A stretch of DNA of 64,000 bases, from contig NC_134028.1 in assembly GCF_964204645.1 (NCBI RefSeq), positions 7,192,001 through 7,256,000 of the forward strand, given 5' to 3'. Position 1 is the stretch's first letter, and the number at the start of each line of letters is the position of its first letter. This DNA comes from Tubulanus polymorphus (taxonomy: Eukaryota; Animalia; Nemertea). A program made the translations under genes and the position numbers. Below the pieces are notes generated by a model. That model was not told the origin of the DNA and did no database searches. It saw only the letters and a list, made by a program, of their open reading frames with translations. Shown one piece after another: positions 1 to 12,214 of this stretch.

Positions 1-130
1 CGAATACTTCTGCACCATTTTAGGGGGTGCTTTCGGTCATTTCATGCGTTGAAAAAATATTATAGGTGGAAAACCTTGGTCGAAAAAATTTTGGGGTGAC
101 ATTTTTGAGGGCACTTCAAAGTTGAGGAGG

Positions 131-171
131 GGGGTCCGGACACCCCGACATCCCCCCTAGATCCGCCCCTG
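131..171. mobile_element. Right end of a probable MITE (…CTAGATCCGCCCCTG); left end outside the window
   Basis: Terminus resembles the CAGGCGCGGATCC inverted repeat of the complete element at 25126-25365. Confidence 0.35.
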
Positions 172-714
172 CGTGCATAGTGGATATATTTTCCATACGC
201 TCAAAGCTTCCTGTTTCATCTCCCGTGATAGATGTCAATGGACCTTGAAAGGTTATATCTCGATCAACAATTTCATTTCACAACATAAAGTTGCTACAGC
301 TAGTGTGCAATAACCTTTTACTTATCATCTTTTCGTCGTTTCACCTTTCCGTCATTTCATCTCTCTATTTTTTATACCAATCTTATGTCTTAATAGACAT
401 CTGTGTTTCACTTTCTTTTTATCATCATTTCATCATCATCATTTTATCATCTTTCAAAGCGATTGGTTTCCACTCCGACAAATTCGAAATCACCGTTTTC
501 GGTCTGAATCCGTCAATTCAAGTTAACTTGTATTGAATAGTCTCACAGTCATATCAGGTTTCATCCCGTCAATGAATAATCTTTTTATTTCTACATTTTG
601 TATTTATAATTTCCAAATGTTTTGCATATTAATGATGCTGCTAGGCAGAAAACTCGTTATCGCTGCCTTGCATTTTTTGAAATCATGTAATAATTTTTTC
701 TTATAATATGGAAA

Positions 715-2254
715 TTAGATAGTCAGGGTAATATTTCCAATCGGGATACAATAACCGCAGTGCCCGTCACATTGACCAGATGCTTTCCTGTCATCGTCTG
801 CATTTACGCTAGCCAGACTTTTTGGATACCAACCAGCTGCCTTCCATTTCGTCTACAAGATAGAAATCATTGTTGAAATTTTACAAAACATGCATTCTTA
901 TAAACAGATCCATACACTGTTAACTGTTATGTACATGTAATATGAAATTGCTCAGCTAAAAAAGCGAAGTGCGTTTCTACTCAATGATTTGATTTTGCAT
1001 TATTATTCAACAGGGTTTTGAACGGCGCGTTAATAGTTGTTTTTCCCACGGGGAAACACTGCGATATCAGAACATCGAAATTTGTTTCTTTCAAGAAGAC
1101 TGCACCAAGTCAACGCACGATCAAGTCAACGCACGTCAAAACTCGAGAAACAATTTACACATTTTCGAGATATTAACACGTGAAAAACAACAAACGTGTC
1201 GTTAAATTCGACCGCCGATCATCAACCGACTGTATCTGTACCGAAGTAACTTACCGCGGCTGTATCGAATACGAAACTAGTTCCGGTCAAATCTAATGCG
1301 AATCCACCAGATACTGATCCAGCTCCGGCGCAACCGCCACCCCAACCATACGGAACTTTTACTGGTCTTGTAGATGTTGAATACGTATAATCGTTCCCTA
1401 TTATTTGGAGAATCTAAAAAAAAAGTGTTTAAAAATTTGTATATTCTATAAACTATGGACTAGTCACTGTAGCTGTCGCTAGATATCGTACTCTCTTGTG
1501 CTTGGAGTCATAGAAAGTCTAAACGTGTCTCAAAAGTCAGTTAAATGCGACGTACCTGCGGGTCTATGCGGATCTTTTGCCAATTAGTTTTACCGCAATC
1601 TTTCCAGTCGTTATTGCATTTGTTTTCGCCGTAGTTACTCGCTTTCAGTGTGATATATTCTTTTCTACACTTGGTGCAGAAGATCGTAACTGGTACACGA
1701 TTCGGCCCAAGATACAGTTTGTAATCGCCCGAAGCAGTGGCACCGGCCTCTGTACAATCATGTCTTTGGACGTAGTTCATCGCAACACCATGCTTAAATA
1801 AAGATTTGATTCTTTTAAAAGGGTGATAGGTAGCTTAGATATCATTTTTTACCTAGTTTCTTTTGGTGATGTGTCAGCACCTAATTTTGATGTTTTATTC
1901 ACACATGAAAATATTCGAAGAAAAGATGCTTTATGCGTTTAGATTTTGAAAATAGATATATGTTATGCGTGTTCCCTGGAAATTAATGAAATTTTTGGCC
2001 GATAGCAACTATCAAATTTGATGGACCTATAAATGTCATGGAGTGTGGGACACTGACCGTTTATGTGAAAACAGTAAAAGTGAAATGTCTGGTTTACTTA
2101 CAACGCGTATATAATCGATTAATTGGTATATGAAAGTTTCGATTCTTTCAGGAACATATTAAGTTTTTTGATTTATATACTTTATTCCGAGGTTAGTTTT
2201 ACCTGTATGAACGACAGCGATTAGAAACGTCAGAATAAATGAAGTCGTTTTCAT
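715..2254 (-). pseudogene. Stand-alone secreted GON-domain gene, copy 1, frameshifted; exons 2254-2203, 1792-1556, 1413-1255, 852-715
   Basis: GT-AG exons encode MKTTSFILTFLIAVVHT signal peptide, …KEYITL…NYGE…KIRIDP, …VPYGWGGGC…LDLTGT, …GQCDGHCGYC. A 4-nt insertion relative to copy 2 creates TGA at 1760-1758. Confidence 0.85.
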
Positions 2255-3039
2255 TTTTTTTTCAGATAATGACCAAACAAGCAAGAACAGATCTGTAAAA
2301 GTCGAAACCGACGCTGATGATTAAACCATTGCATTCGATTCGTTGAAATTAATTTGATCTTATCGAAAAATCTTAGGAAACTTTTCCGAACTTACCTCTT
2401 ACGGCGTAGTCAATGCCTCAGTTGGATCACAGATTAAAGCAGGGGAATTTATAGTCGCCGTCACGTGTCGGGCAATTCCCTTTTTTCTTATCGAAACAGT
2501 ACAAGCATGATCAAGTATCCATTGTAGTCTCAACAATTATGTAAAGTAAAATTGTCGAGTGCTATAGGCGATCAATGAATCACAGATGGGAAAATAATAG
2601 AAACCACAGATTTTGAAGTGTGCCTGACGTCCGACGACGATATTTAATTCTTACAGCTAAATTTCAAGAGCCGAGGTCTATTGTTGTACGCGGTGTAGTT
2701 AGTAACTTAAACTTAAGCATCTGGCACAGCAGTCGAAAGATTTTATTACATTTTGAATCGGTGAGTTCATGTCGGTCTTCTTGCTGCAGAAAATACGCTG
2801 CAATTAATATGTGTATAGAGCTTTAAGCAAGTTTTTTTTTCATATAGAATTCTGTGGTGTATTTATATATTTTCTAGTAACATTTTTACAGAATTAATGA
2901 ATAAGCAAATACACTAAAATGTAATAGTTTTAATTGAATTATACGAATGCTGTGACTTCAGTGGCGATTTTCCCTAATGGAAATCATAAATGTAAAGCGT
3001 AAAGTATATAAGAATTACACTGCACTAGAACAATCTTAA

Positions 3040-3550
3040 GGTATTGGTATACTAGAATTTCAGGGAAAATCTTAAATTTCTCAGTTTTAAAAAAAGTACT
3101 GTTATTGAACACTATAGATGGGTAGAATGACCTCCGAAATTTTTGGAGTGGTCAGATAACGGCAAAGGCATGTTTTTGGGGGTCAGACAAGACCCCTCCA
3201 ATCTCAAAGCCCTTAGCAACGGCCATTAGCAACGTGTTCTAAGTTACTTTTAGAGGTGTTAAACCGATACTATTTATACCCGTGCAGTGCTGCCATCTAC
3301 AATAGATTCGCAATAGACTTTATAACCCAAAACATTGATCTGAAGGTCGTTGGGTGTCATTTTTTGAAAGAAATGAAAATCATGAAATTTTCCAGAATTT
3401 TGACTTCATAGCATATTTTGCTTTAGTCTCGTGAATACAAAAAAATTAATTTTTGAATGTGAAACATTTTCTATAGAGGTCACACTACCATAGGTTTAAT
3501 ATTTGTAACTTGCTATTTGAAGAATTTAGAAATTCTACTATACCAATACC
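3040..3550. mobile_element. Non-autonomous DNA transposon with TTAA target-site duplication, Kolobok-like (511 bp)
   Basis: 22-bp TIR GGTATTGGTATA(C/G)TAGAATTTC, TTAA on both sides, empty site CAATCTTAATAAACG at ~10644-10658 in unit 2. Purine-purine start fits Kolobok rather than piggyBac. Confidence 0.8.
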
Positions 3551-4396
3551 TTAATAAACGCTGGCTTGTCATTTGTTAACTACACGATTTAACTACCGAA
3601 TGATTTCTAAAACGGTTGACAGACATTCGTACGGTGCACGGGCGTTGAGTCTAGTTCTACGGGCCAGTACATCTACCGCCGTACATCCATACTCTACAAC
3701 TGCATATTTCACCTGAATATAACAAAATTGCAAATATGTTTATATTTGAACATTTACTTGTCATTTGAAATTAAGAAGTATTTCGATCGTCCTCTTTCTT
3801 GTATTCAGCCGTTTTTGTGTTTCTTGAAACATCAGTAGAATTTTAGATTTCAGTTGTTTGTAAAATCCATCAAAATTACGAGAAGATATTTGAATTATAT
3901 TGCAAGCGTAGCTCATAGTGTATTTCTGATCCATGCTATGAAAATGGGGATACTAAAATATTCTAAATCTTTGACTTAAACGCCCCCTGTAGGCAAAGAA
4001 AAAAGATACAAAAGGCGAATTCATAACACCTAATAGTCTACAACATACCCCGGTTATCGGATACCAGCTGAAAACAGTAACTAAAAATGCCGTGATCGTC
4101 GAATTTTTCAGGCTGGCCGAACCTTCCTTCCACGGAGGTTATATTTTGGAAAACTTTACGATGACGAATAGCTTACTTTAGCCTAGAAGTAATTCTGTTG
4201 CCCTGGTTGCAATTGAGATTAGAAGGATTTTCATATAGTAGATTTTTTTTTCACAGGATGCCCCAGGTGCTTTTGTCAATAAATCAGGATTTCAAGATGA
4301 TCTTAGATTTCACCCGCTTCATTGGTTAAGACTTGGAACTTCATACTTCATAAACGATAGAAATCCCACAATGATTCAGTCAAAGATGAAAATTTC

Positions 4397-5362
4397 GGCC
4401 CAAGTCGGATATAGCATAGTATAGTGCTTGTCGTAGAGTTAATAAGTTGTGCGGTTAATGTATCAGCGCATTAATACATTGGCGCATGAATACATTGAAA
4501 ATTGGGTATTAATGCGCGGCAAAGGAACAGTTCATGTACAGGTTGACCGACGACTAGTGACAGTTGACTACTGTTGGTTGTTTGTTGGTTGGCCCATTGA
4601 AGAGATGACAGAGTGCATATCTCACCCGCTGGTTGACGGTCGACGGATGACACGATGCAATGTTGTCGCCAATTTATGTAAAAGGATCGTGGTGACAAAA
4701 ATGAGAGACGATAGAGTGCATAGACCTATATCATCCGCTGGTTGACGGTCGACGGACGACACGTCGCAATGTTGTCGCCAATGTATGTACAAGCATCGTG
4801 GGTTGACTGGTTGACGGGTGACCACAAAACACAAACAAACAAGAGAAGTAAATCTAAACCGAAACAGTAAACTATAAGCATCAGCTGCGAAAGTTTCATT
4901 TTTGATTTTGAAAAAAAAGATCCGGCACGTATCGACGTCGTTCTGTAGCAATGTGAACAATGCCATATTTCACCGTCCCCACGATTGTTTTTTGGGAGGC
5001 GCATCTCACGATAACAGTGATGAAAATAAATAATGAATCACCTGTGAATTTGAATGCTTAACCGTGTTGAAACAAATATCAGAGAACTGGAATTGACTAA
5101 AGAAAAATAGAAATGCAATTTGTATTTTAAGTACGGGGTTTATCATGTGTTTGGTCACGTGGTGTGTTTGGTGTATGAGGTTAATAGATCGTTAATAGTT
5201 AATTTGTCGGTTGGTAAATACGTCGACACTTTGACACATGGAATGTTAATGGCTGGCGATGTGAATGTGTCGACATGACAACTCTCTTTGGGATACACAT
5301 AAACCGAACAATGCAGTAAGCATACGCGAAGGAACTATACTATGCAATACCCTACTTGAGCC
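4397..5362 (-). mobile_element. Merlin/IS1595-like DNA transposon, internally deleted (966 bp)
   Basis: ~29-bp imperfect TIR starting GGC, 8-bp TSD AAAATTTC (4389-4396, 5363-5370), empty site at ~11483-11490. Confidence 0.85.
4860..5004 (-). pseudogene. N-terminal remnant of a Merlin/IS1595-type transposase
   Basis: DGEIWHCSHCYRTTSIRAGSFFSKSKMKL matches the DG-x2-W-x-C-x2-C…SIR-x-GSFF zinc-ribbon region; no DDE domain remains. Confidence 0.75.
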
Positions 5363-5430
5363 AAAATTTCTTGAATAGAAGAGAATTTATTTTGAGCAAC
5401 GTTTCAGCAAAATACTATTGGCCATCATCA

Positions 5431-5768
5431 CATCCTCCCTCGGCAGGGATTTGAACCTAATGGCATCGCTACACTCAGCCACGGCACGAACCCCTGCCAC
5501 ACTAGACCGGGTGCTCAGGTTCATGCGCAGCATTGCCGCGCGAAATTTGCGGTATCAATTAGATTGCTCGTTATGTAATGGCCGAGGTAAATTTCGCGGA
5601 AGAACTTTAAATGGGAAAACCCGGGCTAAAATAAAACGGGATATTTGATTGGCTAATAATGACATCATCTTAGCTGCGCATGTAGCTGCGCACTCTGTTA
5701 AGTGCGGCATGGTTTCGTACCGTGGCAATCTCGATGCCATCAGGTTCGAATCCCTGCCGGGAAGGATG
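5431..5768. mobile_element. MITE family A, copy 1 (338 bp, 9-bp TSD, Mutator-like)
   Basis: TIR CATCCTCCC…GGCAGGGATT(T/C)GAACC; TSD CCATCATCA at 5422-5430 and 5769-5777. Confidence 0.85.
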
Positions 5769-5795
5769 CCATCATCAGTACGCATGAAAAAAAAG

Positions 5796-6092
5796 TACAA
5801 ATTAAAGAAACAGGAATCTTATTTCAAGAAGCACGTTCTCATCTACGAACCGAACGTTGGAATAACTTGAAATATTTTTCTCAGTATAACCTATTGCCGT
5901 GTCATCAAATTGCACGCGGTGTCGGAATATTCGCAAAAAGATTTTTTAGTCTCGGGATATAAGCGGAGAAAGAAATGCCAATGTCTTGTTGATTTCGTAA
6001 ATAGTCAGCGAGTCAGAGAAAGAGGAAGATGAAGAGGAATTTCTTCACATGATTGTTATGCATATGCAATAAATTATGTTAACTCTGGTCCG
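5796..6092 (-). pseudogene. Orphan paralogue of intron 3 of GON copy 3 (remnant of a deleted gene copy, without the 3.7-kb island)
   Basis: 5796-5858 matches 15493-15556 and 5897-6092 matches 19237-19432; flanking exons are absent. Confidence 0.75.
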
Positions 6093-6619
6093 GTTTCTAT
6101 GAAAGAAAGTATAATAGAAATCTTAGGAAACCAATTTAAATCGTGCGTTTGTCGTTAAAAAATCTATAACTACTGTCTCGCAGAGCATAGACACCATTAA
6201 GCCATGTGGAATTGGTATTTTAAGGGCTATTCGGTTTACTCCAAAACAAGTCTCTGATAAACTTAAAAAAGCTTCATATCAAGGGTAAGTCACAGGACTC
6301 TTGACGCGCATGAATTATTATCCCATAATGACAATGAATCCTATTTTGCATGTACGTTTAGCACAACTAATCCAAATATTGTAAACATGGTAATTGAAAC
6401 AAGAAAATTAATTTTAGAAAATTATTTGACGCCTGGGGAAAAAATGTAGAATTTCTGGGCTAAGCTAATGTGGAATTGCAAATTTGAAATCGAAGTTTTA
6501 AGAAATTTGGGGAATGATGAGATTTGGCGATTGGGTAGATGATACAGGTCTTCGACTCTAGTAGTGGTTTAAATTTTTTTATCGAAAATTCTCAATAATT
6601 GATCGCGAACTTGCGACCG

Positions 6620-6966
6620 ACTTCATTTACTTATGCCTCTAAGCTGGTCTGCAACTTCATTGCCTCCATGGATGAAGAAAGAGCTCTTCTGATGTCTGCT
6701 TCATCATGACTTCGAGCATATCGTGTGGCCTAGCCAGCCAGCCCGGGCCACGGGTTTGGCTGTCACTCGATATCCTAGAGTCTTGAGTCTGGGTGGGTTG
6801 AAGTAGACATTGTCATTTAAAATAACATGCTTATGTTGTTCTGTATGAATTACCCGTGTGTCATGTATGTTGTATTAATTTATTTTAAAATTTGTATTTA
6901 TTGAATTTGGGAATTTTATCCCGGAATTTCAATGTAATAAGGATCAATAAAGAATTGAATTGAATT
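6620..6966 (+). mobile_element. Possible 3' end of a 5'-truncated LINE
   Basis: Short ORF end, T-rich UTR-like stretch, then AATAAA followed directly by an (AATTG)n tail; left boundary approximate. Confidence 0.35.
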
Positions 6967-8386
6967 GTCACCTAATACACATGCCATCAGAGGACACGGA
7001 GCCGTATATGACAGCTATGCTATTATAAATTGCTAATCTCACGAAACTTGCATACTCCTAATATCAAACATATTTTCTAAAACGTTTGAATATTGAAATT
7101 ATATGTTTACACATTTTCATATTGACCGCTTGTAGCCGCTGATGAAATTCACGCTTGCCCTACACACATCGTAGATAGCTTCGTCATTCCACCGGCATGC
7201 CCACGTCAGGGTCTGACTTTTATATCAGACTTCCGCGTCGTGTATACATCCGCCATTTAACCGAATAATCCGATTTACTTATCATTTCTATTTATGCCTG
7301 CCGCTTCTGATATAATCATACATCCTTTACTATTACAATACGTCTTCTAATGATATTCAATGCAATATAACATTTCGACGTTCAAATATAGGTCATTATA
7401 TAATCACAGGAAGCCATTCTACATCTATGTCAATAATATTTTGCCAGATAGCTTGTTTGTGTACACATAAACCTGTGACGTTTTGCACATCGATTTACGG
7501 CTGTCGTTTGTAAAATGACGCTGAATGGTTAGCATTGTTTAGGTTTCATAATGGTAACGTTTTATAAGGCGTCAAAAAATCAATTTGACAAAACGTCAAG
7601 TACTTACAACATCCGAGACAGCTGCACTTAAGTTACGACAATGCCGAAAAAGCTTGATTTGAAACGTACACTTGCACACTGTGGTTTGAATTTTTTTCCA
7701 CCAGCTGCAAGAATCTGCAAAGCCAAAGGAATTTAAGACCGTAGTGACCAGTTCATTCCACGAATAATAGCTGGAATGAAAATACTCAAAATAAATAGTC
7801 GTACAGGGTGTAAACCAGCCCCTTACTAACTACTTAGGTTTTCCACTGGCTCTACGCACTGCATTTAGGGCCTTAATCTATTCTAGGCGTATCCCCCCCC
7901 CCCAAAAAGCGGGCTAAATTTAGGCATTAAGACCGTAGATACCGGGTAGCCAACAATTCTCTGTGTATGCTATTTAGCTTCAGTATCTCGATTTTGTTCG
8001 GATCCCGCGCGTAACTGCGATCCTGTCAATGAATAATCTTTTTATTTCTACAATTTGTATTTATAATTTCCAAATGTTTGCATATTAATGATGCTGCTAG
8101 ACAGAAAACTCGTTATCGCTGCCTTGCAGCTATATTTGTAAATTATTTCGTAAAGGAAATATTATCATATAATTATCATATGTGACGAAACAAACACCGT
8201 AGACTGCCGAATATAATTTTTCACAGGCCAGTGATTTATACAGGACTTCTTTGAAGCATTTGTTTTTATTTTTTGAATTCAATATAGTAATAATGTAATA
8301 ATGATAATAATTATAATAGCAAGATAATGAGACAAAGCTAGACATTTTTTGAAATCATGTAATAAATTTTTCTTATAATATGGAAA

Positions 8387-9907
8387 TTAGATAGTCAGGG
8401 TAATATTTCCAATAGGGACACAATAACCGCAGTGCCCGCCACATTGACCAGATGCTTTCCTGTCATCGTCTGCATTTACGCTAGCCAGACTTTTTGGAGA
8501 CGAACCAGCTGCCTTCCATTTCGTCTACAAGATAGAAATCATTGTTGAAATTTTACAAAACATGCATTCTTATAAACAGATCCATACACTGTTTACTGTT
8601 ATGTACATGTAATATGAAATTGCTCAGCTAAAAAAGCGAAGTGCGTTTCTACTCAATGATTTGATTTTGCATTATTATTCAACAGGGTTTTGAACGGCGC
8701 GTTAATAGTTGTTTTTCCCACGGGGAAACACTGCGATATCAGAACATCGAAATGTGTTTCTTTCAAGAAGACTGCACCAAGTCAAAGCACGATCAAGTCA
8801 ACGCACGTCAAACTCGGGAAACAATTTACACATTTTCGAGATATTAACACGTGGAAAACAACAAACGTGTCGTTAAATTCGACCGCCGATCATCAACCGA
8901 CTTTATCTGTACCGAAGGAACTTACCGCGGCTGTATCGAATACGAAATTAGTTCCGGTCAAATCTAATGCGAATCCACCAGATACTGATCCACCTCCGGC
9001 GCAACCGCCACCCCAACCATACGGAACTTTTACTGGTCTTGTAGATGTTGAATACGTATAATCGTTCCCTATTATTTGGAGAGTCTAAAAAAGTGTTTAA
9101 AAATTTGTATATTCTATAGACTATGGACTAGTCACTGTAGCTGTCGCTAGATATCGTACACTCCTGTGCTTGGAGTCATAGAAAGTCTAAACGTGTCTCA
9201 AAAGTCAGTTGTATGCGACGTACCAGCGGGTCTATGCGGATCTTTTGCCAAATAGTTTTGCCGCAATCTGGCCAGTTGTTATCGCATTTGTTTTCCCCAT
9301 AGTTACTCGCTTTCAGTGTGATATATTCTTTTCTACACTTGCTGCAGAAGATCGTAACTGGTACAGAATTCGGCCCAAGATACAGTGTGTACTGGCCTGA
9401 AGCAGTGGCACCGGCCTCTGTACATGTCTTTGGACGTAGTTCACTGCAGCACCATGCTTAAATAAAGATTTGATTCTTTTAAAAGGGTGATAGGTTGCTT
9501 AGATATTAGTTTTTTAACTAGTTTTTTTTGGTGATGTGTCAGCACCTAATTTTGATGTTTTATTCACACATGAAAATATTCGAAGAGAGATGCATTTTGC
9601 GTTTAGATTTTGAAAATATGTTATGCGTGTTCCCTGGAAATTAATGACATTTTTGGCCGATAGCAAATTTGATGGACCTATAAATGTCATGGAGTGTGGG
9701 ACACTGACCATATATGTGAAAACAGTAAAAGTGAAATGTCTGGTTTACTTACAACGCGTATATAATCGATTTATTGGTATATATGAAAGTTTCGATTCTT
9801 TCAGGAACATATTAAGATTTTTGATTTATATACTTTATTCCGAGGTTAGTTTTACCTGTATGAACGACAGCGATTAGAAACGTCAGAATCAATGAAGTCG
9901 TTTTCAT
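8387..9907 (-). CDS. Stand-alone secreted GON-domain protein, copy 2 (193 aa); exons 9907-9856, 9456-9224, 9084-8926, 8524-8387
   Basis: 52+233+159+138 nt splice in frame at GT-AG. Signal peptide, then PKTCTE…YTLYLG…FC…KEYITL…KIRIDP…GGC…LDLTGT…W…CGGHCGYC, matching GON-domain motifs. Confidence 0.9.
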
Positions 9908-11550
9908 TTTTTCAGATAATGACCAAACAAGCAAGAACAGATCTGTAAAAGTCGAAACCGACGCTGATGATTAAACCATTGCATTCGATTCGTTGAAATT
10001 AATTCGATCTTATCGAAAAATCTTAGGAAACTTTTCCGAACTTACCTCTTACGGCGTAGTCAATGCCTCAGTTGAATCACAGATTAAAGCAGGGGAATTT
10101 ATAGTCGCCGTCACGTGTCGGGCAATTCCCTTTTTTCTTATCGAAACAGTACAAGCATGATCAAGTATCCATTGTAGTCTCAACAATTATGTAAAGTAAA
10201 ATTGTCGAGTGCTATAGGCGATCAATGAATCACAGATGGGAAAATAATAGAAACCACAGATTTTGAAGTGTGCCTGACGTCCGACGACGATATTTAATTC
10301 TTACAGCTAAATTTCAAGAGCCGAGGTCTATTGTTGTACGCGGTGTAGTTAGTAACTTAAACTTAAGCATCTGGCACAGCAGTCGAAAGATTTTATTACA
10401 TTTTGAATCGGTGAGTTCATGTCGGTCTTCTTGCTGCAGAAAATACGCTGCAATTAATATGTGTATAAAGTTTTTTTTTTCATTTAGAATTCTGTAGTGT
10501 ATTTATATATTTTCAAGTAACATTTTTACAGAATTAATGAATAAGCAAATACACTAAAATGTAATAGTTTTAATTGAATATTTTCCCCTAATGGAAATCA
10601 TGAATGTAAAGCGTAAAGTATATAAGAATTACACTGCACTAGAACAATCTTAATAAACGCTGGCTTGTCATTTGTTAACTACACGATTTAACTACCGAAT
10701 GATTTTTTAAAACGGTCGACAGACATTCGTACGGTGCACGGGCGTTGAGTCTAGTTCTACGGGCCAGTACATCTACCGCCGTACATCCATACTCTACGAC
10801 TGCATATTTCACCTGAATATAACAAAATTGCAAATATGTTTATATTTGAACATTTTTTTGTCATTTGAAATTAAGAAGTATTTCGATCGTCCTCTTTCTT
10901 GTATTCAGCCATTTGTGTTTCTTGAAACATCAAAATAATTTTAGATTTCAATTGTTTGTAAAATCCATCAAAATTACGATAAGACATTTAAATTATATTT
11001 CAAGCGTAGCTCATAGTGTATTTCTGATCCATGCTATGAAAATGGAGATGCTGAAATATTCTAAATGTTTTACTTAAACGCCTGTAGGCAAAGAAAAAAG
11101 ATACAAAAGGCGAATTCATAACACCTAATAGTCTACAACATACCCCGGCTATCGGATACCAGCTGAAAACTGTAACAAAAAATGCCGTGATCGTCGAATT
11201 TTTCAGGCTGGCCGAACCTTCCTTCCACGGAGGTCATATTTTGGAAAACTTTACGATGACGAATAGCTTACTTTAGCCTAGAAGAAATTATGTTGCCCTG
11301 TTTGCAATTGAGATTAGAAGGATTTTCATATAGTAGATTTTTTTTCACAGGACGCCCCAGGTGCTTTTGTCAATAAATCAGGATTTCAAGATGATCTTAG
11401 ATTTCACCCGCTTCGTTGGTTAAGACTTGGAACTTCATACTTCATAAACGATAGAAATCCCACAATGATTCAGTCAAAGATGAAAATTTCTTGAATAGAA
11501 GAGAATTTATTTTGAGCAACGTTTCAGCAAAATACTATTGGCCATCATCA

Positions 11551-11887
11551 CATCCTCCCTCGGCAGGGATTTGAACCTGATGGCATCGCTACACTCAGCC
11601 ACGGCACGAACCCCTGCCACACTAGACCGGGTGCTCAGGTTCATGCGCAGCTTTGCCGCGCGAAATTTGCGGTATCAATTAGATTGCTCGTTATGTAATG
11701 GCTGAGGTAAATTTTGCGGGAGAACTTTAAATGGGAAAACCCGGGCTAAAATGAAACGGGATATCTGATTGGCTAATAATGACATCATCTTAGCTGCGCA
11801 TGTAGCTGCGGACTCTGTTTAGTGCGGCATGGTTTCGTACCGTGGCAATCTCGATGCCATCAGGTTCGAATCCCTGCCGGGGAGGAT
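11551..11887. mobile_element. MITE family A, copy 2 (duplicated with unit 2; last base and right TSD lost)
   Basis: Same left flank as copy 1; right end GGAGGAT abuts MITE B. Confidence 0.85.
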
Positions 11888-12214
11888 CATCCTCGCTTGC
11901 CAGGGGTCCAGTATCACTCCCGAACTCGCTTCCACCAGCCCCCTGGCCTCACGAAGCGTGATTTCATTACTGGCGCTGTTGCGCATGACGCCATATATCG
12001 TTTTGCGAAATACTTCCTTGTTCGGTAAAACGTTCGCTGATTGGTCCATTTAACGGGAAAACCAACAGAAGTCTACTGTCGGTTTGCTACAAGCGCTGTG
12101 ATTGGTACGACCGGATTCTGGTCGGCTAGTAACGACTCTAACGACTCGTGAGGTCAAGGGGTTCGGCGAACAGCTTTAGCGTAGTGGGTTCGAATCCCTT
12201 GACGGGTGAAGATG
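11888..12214. mobile_element. MITE family B, copy 1 (no matching TSD)
   Basis: Ends CATCCTC… and …GAAGATG; reverse complement of 14211-14536. Confidence 0.8.

Larger units (their letters stand above)
563..5768. repeat. Segmental tandem duplication, unit 1 (paralogue of 8020-11887)
   Basis: Near-identical sequence from ATCC(C/T)GTCAATGAATAATC to the end of the MITE. Differs mainly by two transposon insertions here and ~215 bp present only in unit 2 (8129-8343). Confidence 0.95.
8020..11887. repeat. Segmental tandem duplication, unit 2
   Basis: Colinear near-identity with 563-5768. Confidence 0.95.

Noticed and set aside
2620-2826. Duplicated 68/75-aa ORF (also 10270-10497)
   Set aside because: GTG start, no motif; conserved only because of the recent duplication
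8690-9061. 123-aa plus-strand ORF with a proline-rich end
   Set aside because: Antisense to GON exon 3 and intron 3; broken in the paralogous unit
12180-12205. tRNA-like GTAGTGGGTTCGAATCCC
   Set aside because: Only a T-arm motif inside a MITE end; no cloverleaf found, so no tRNA gene called
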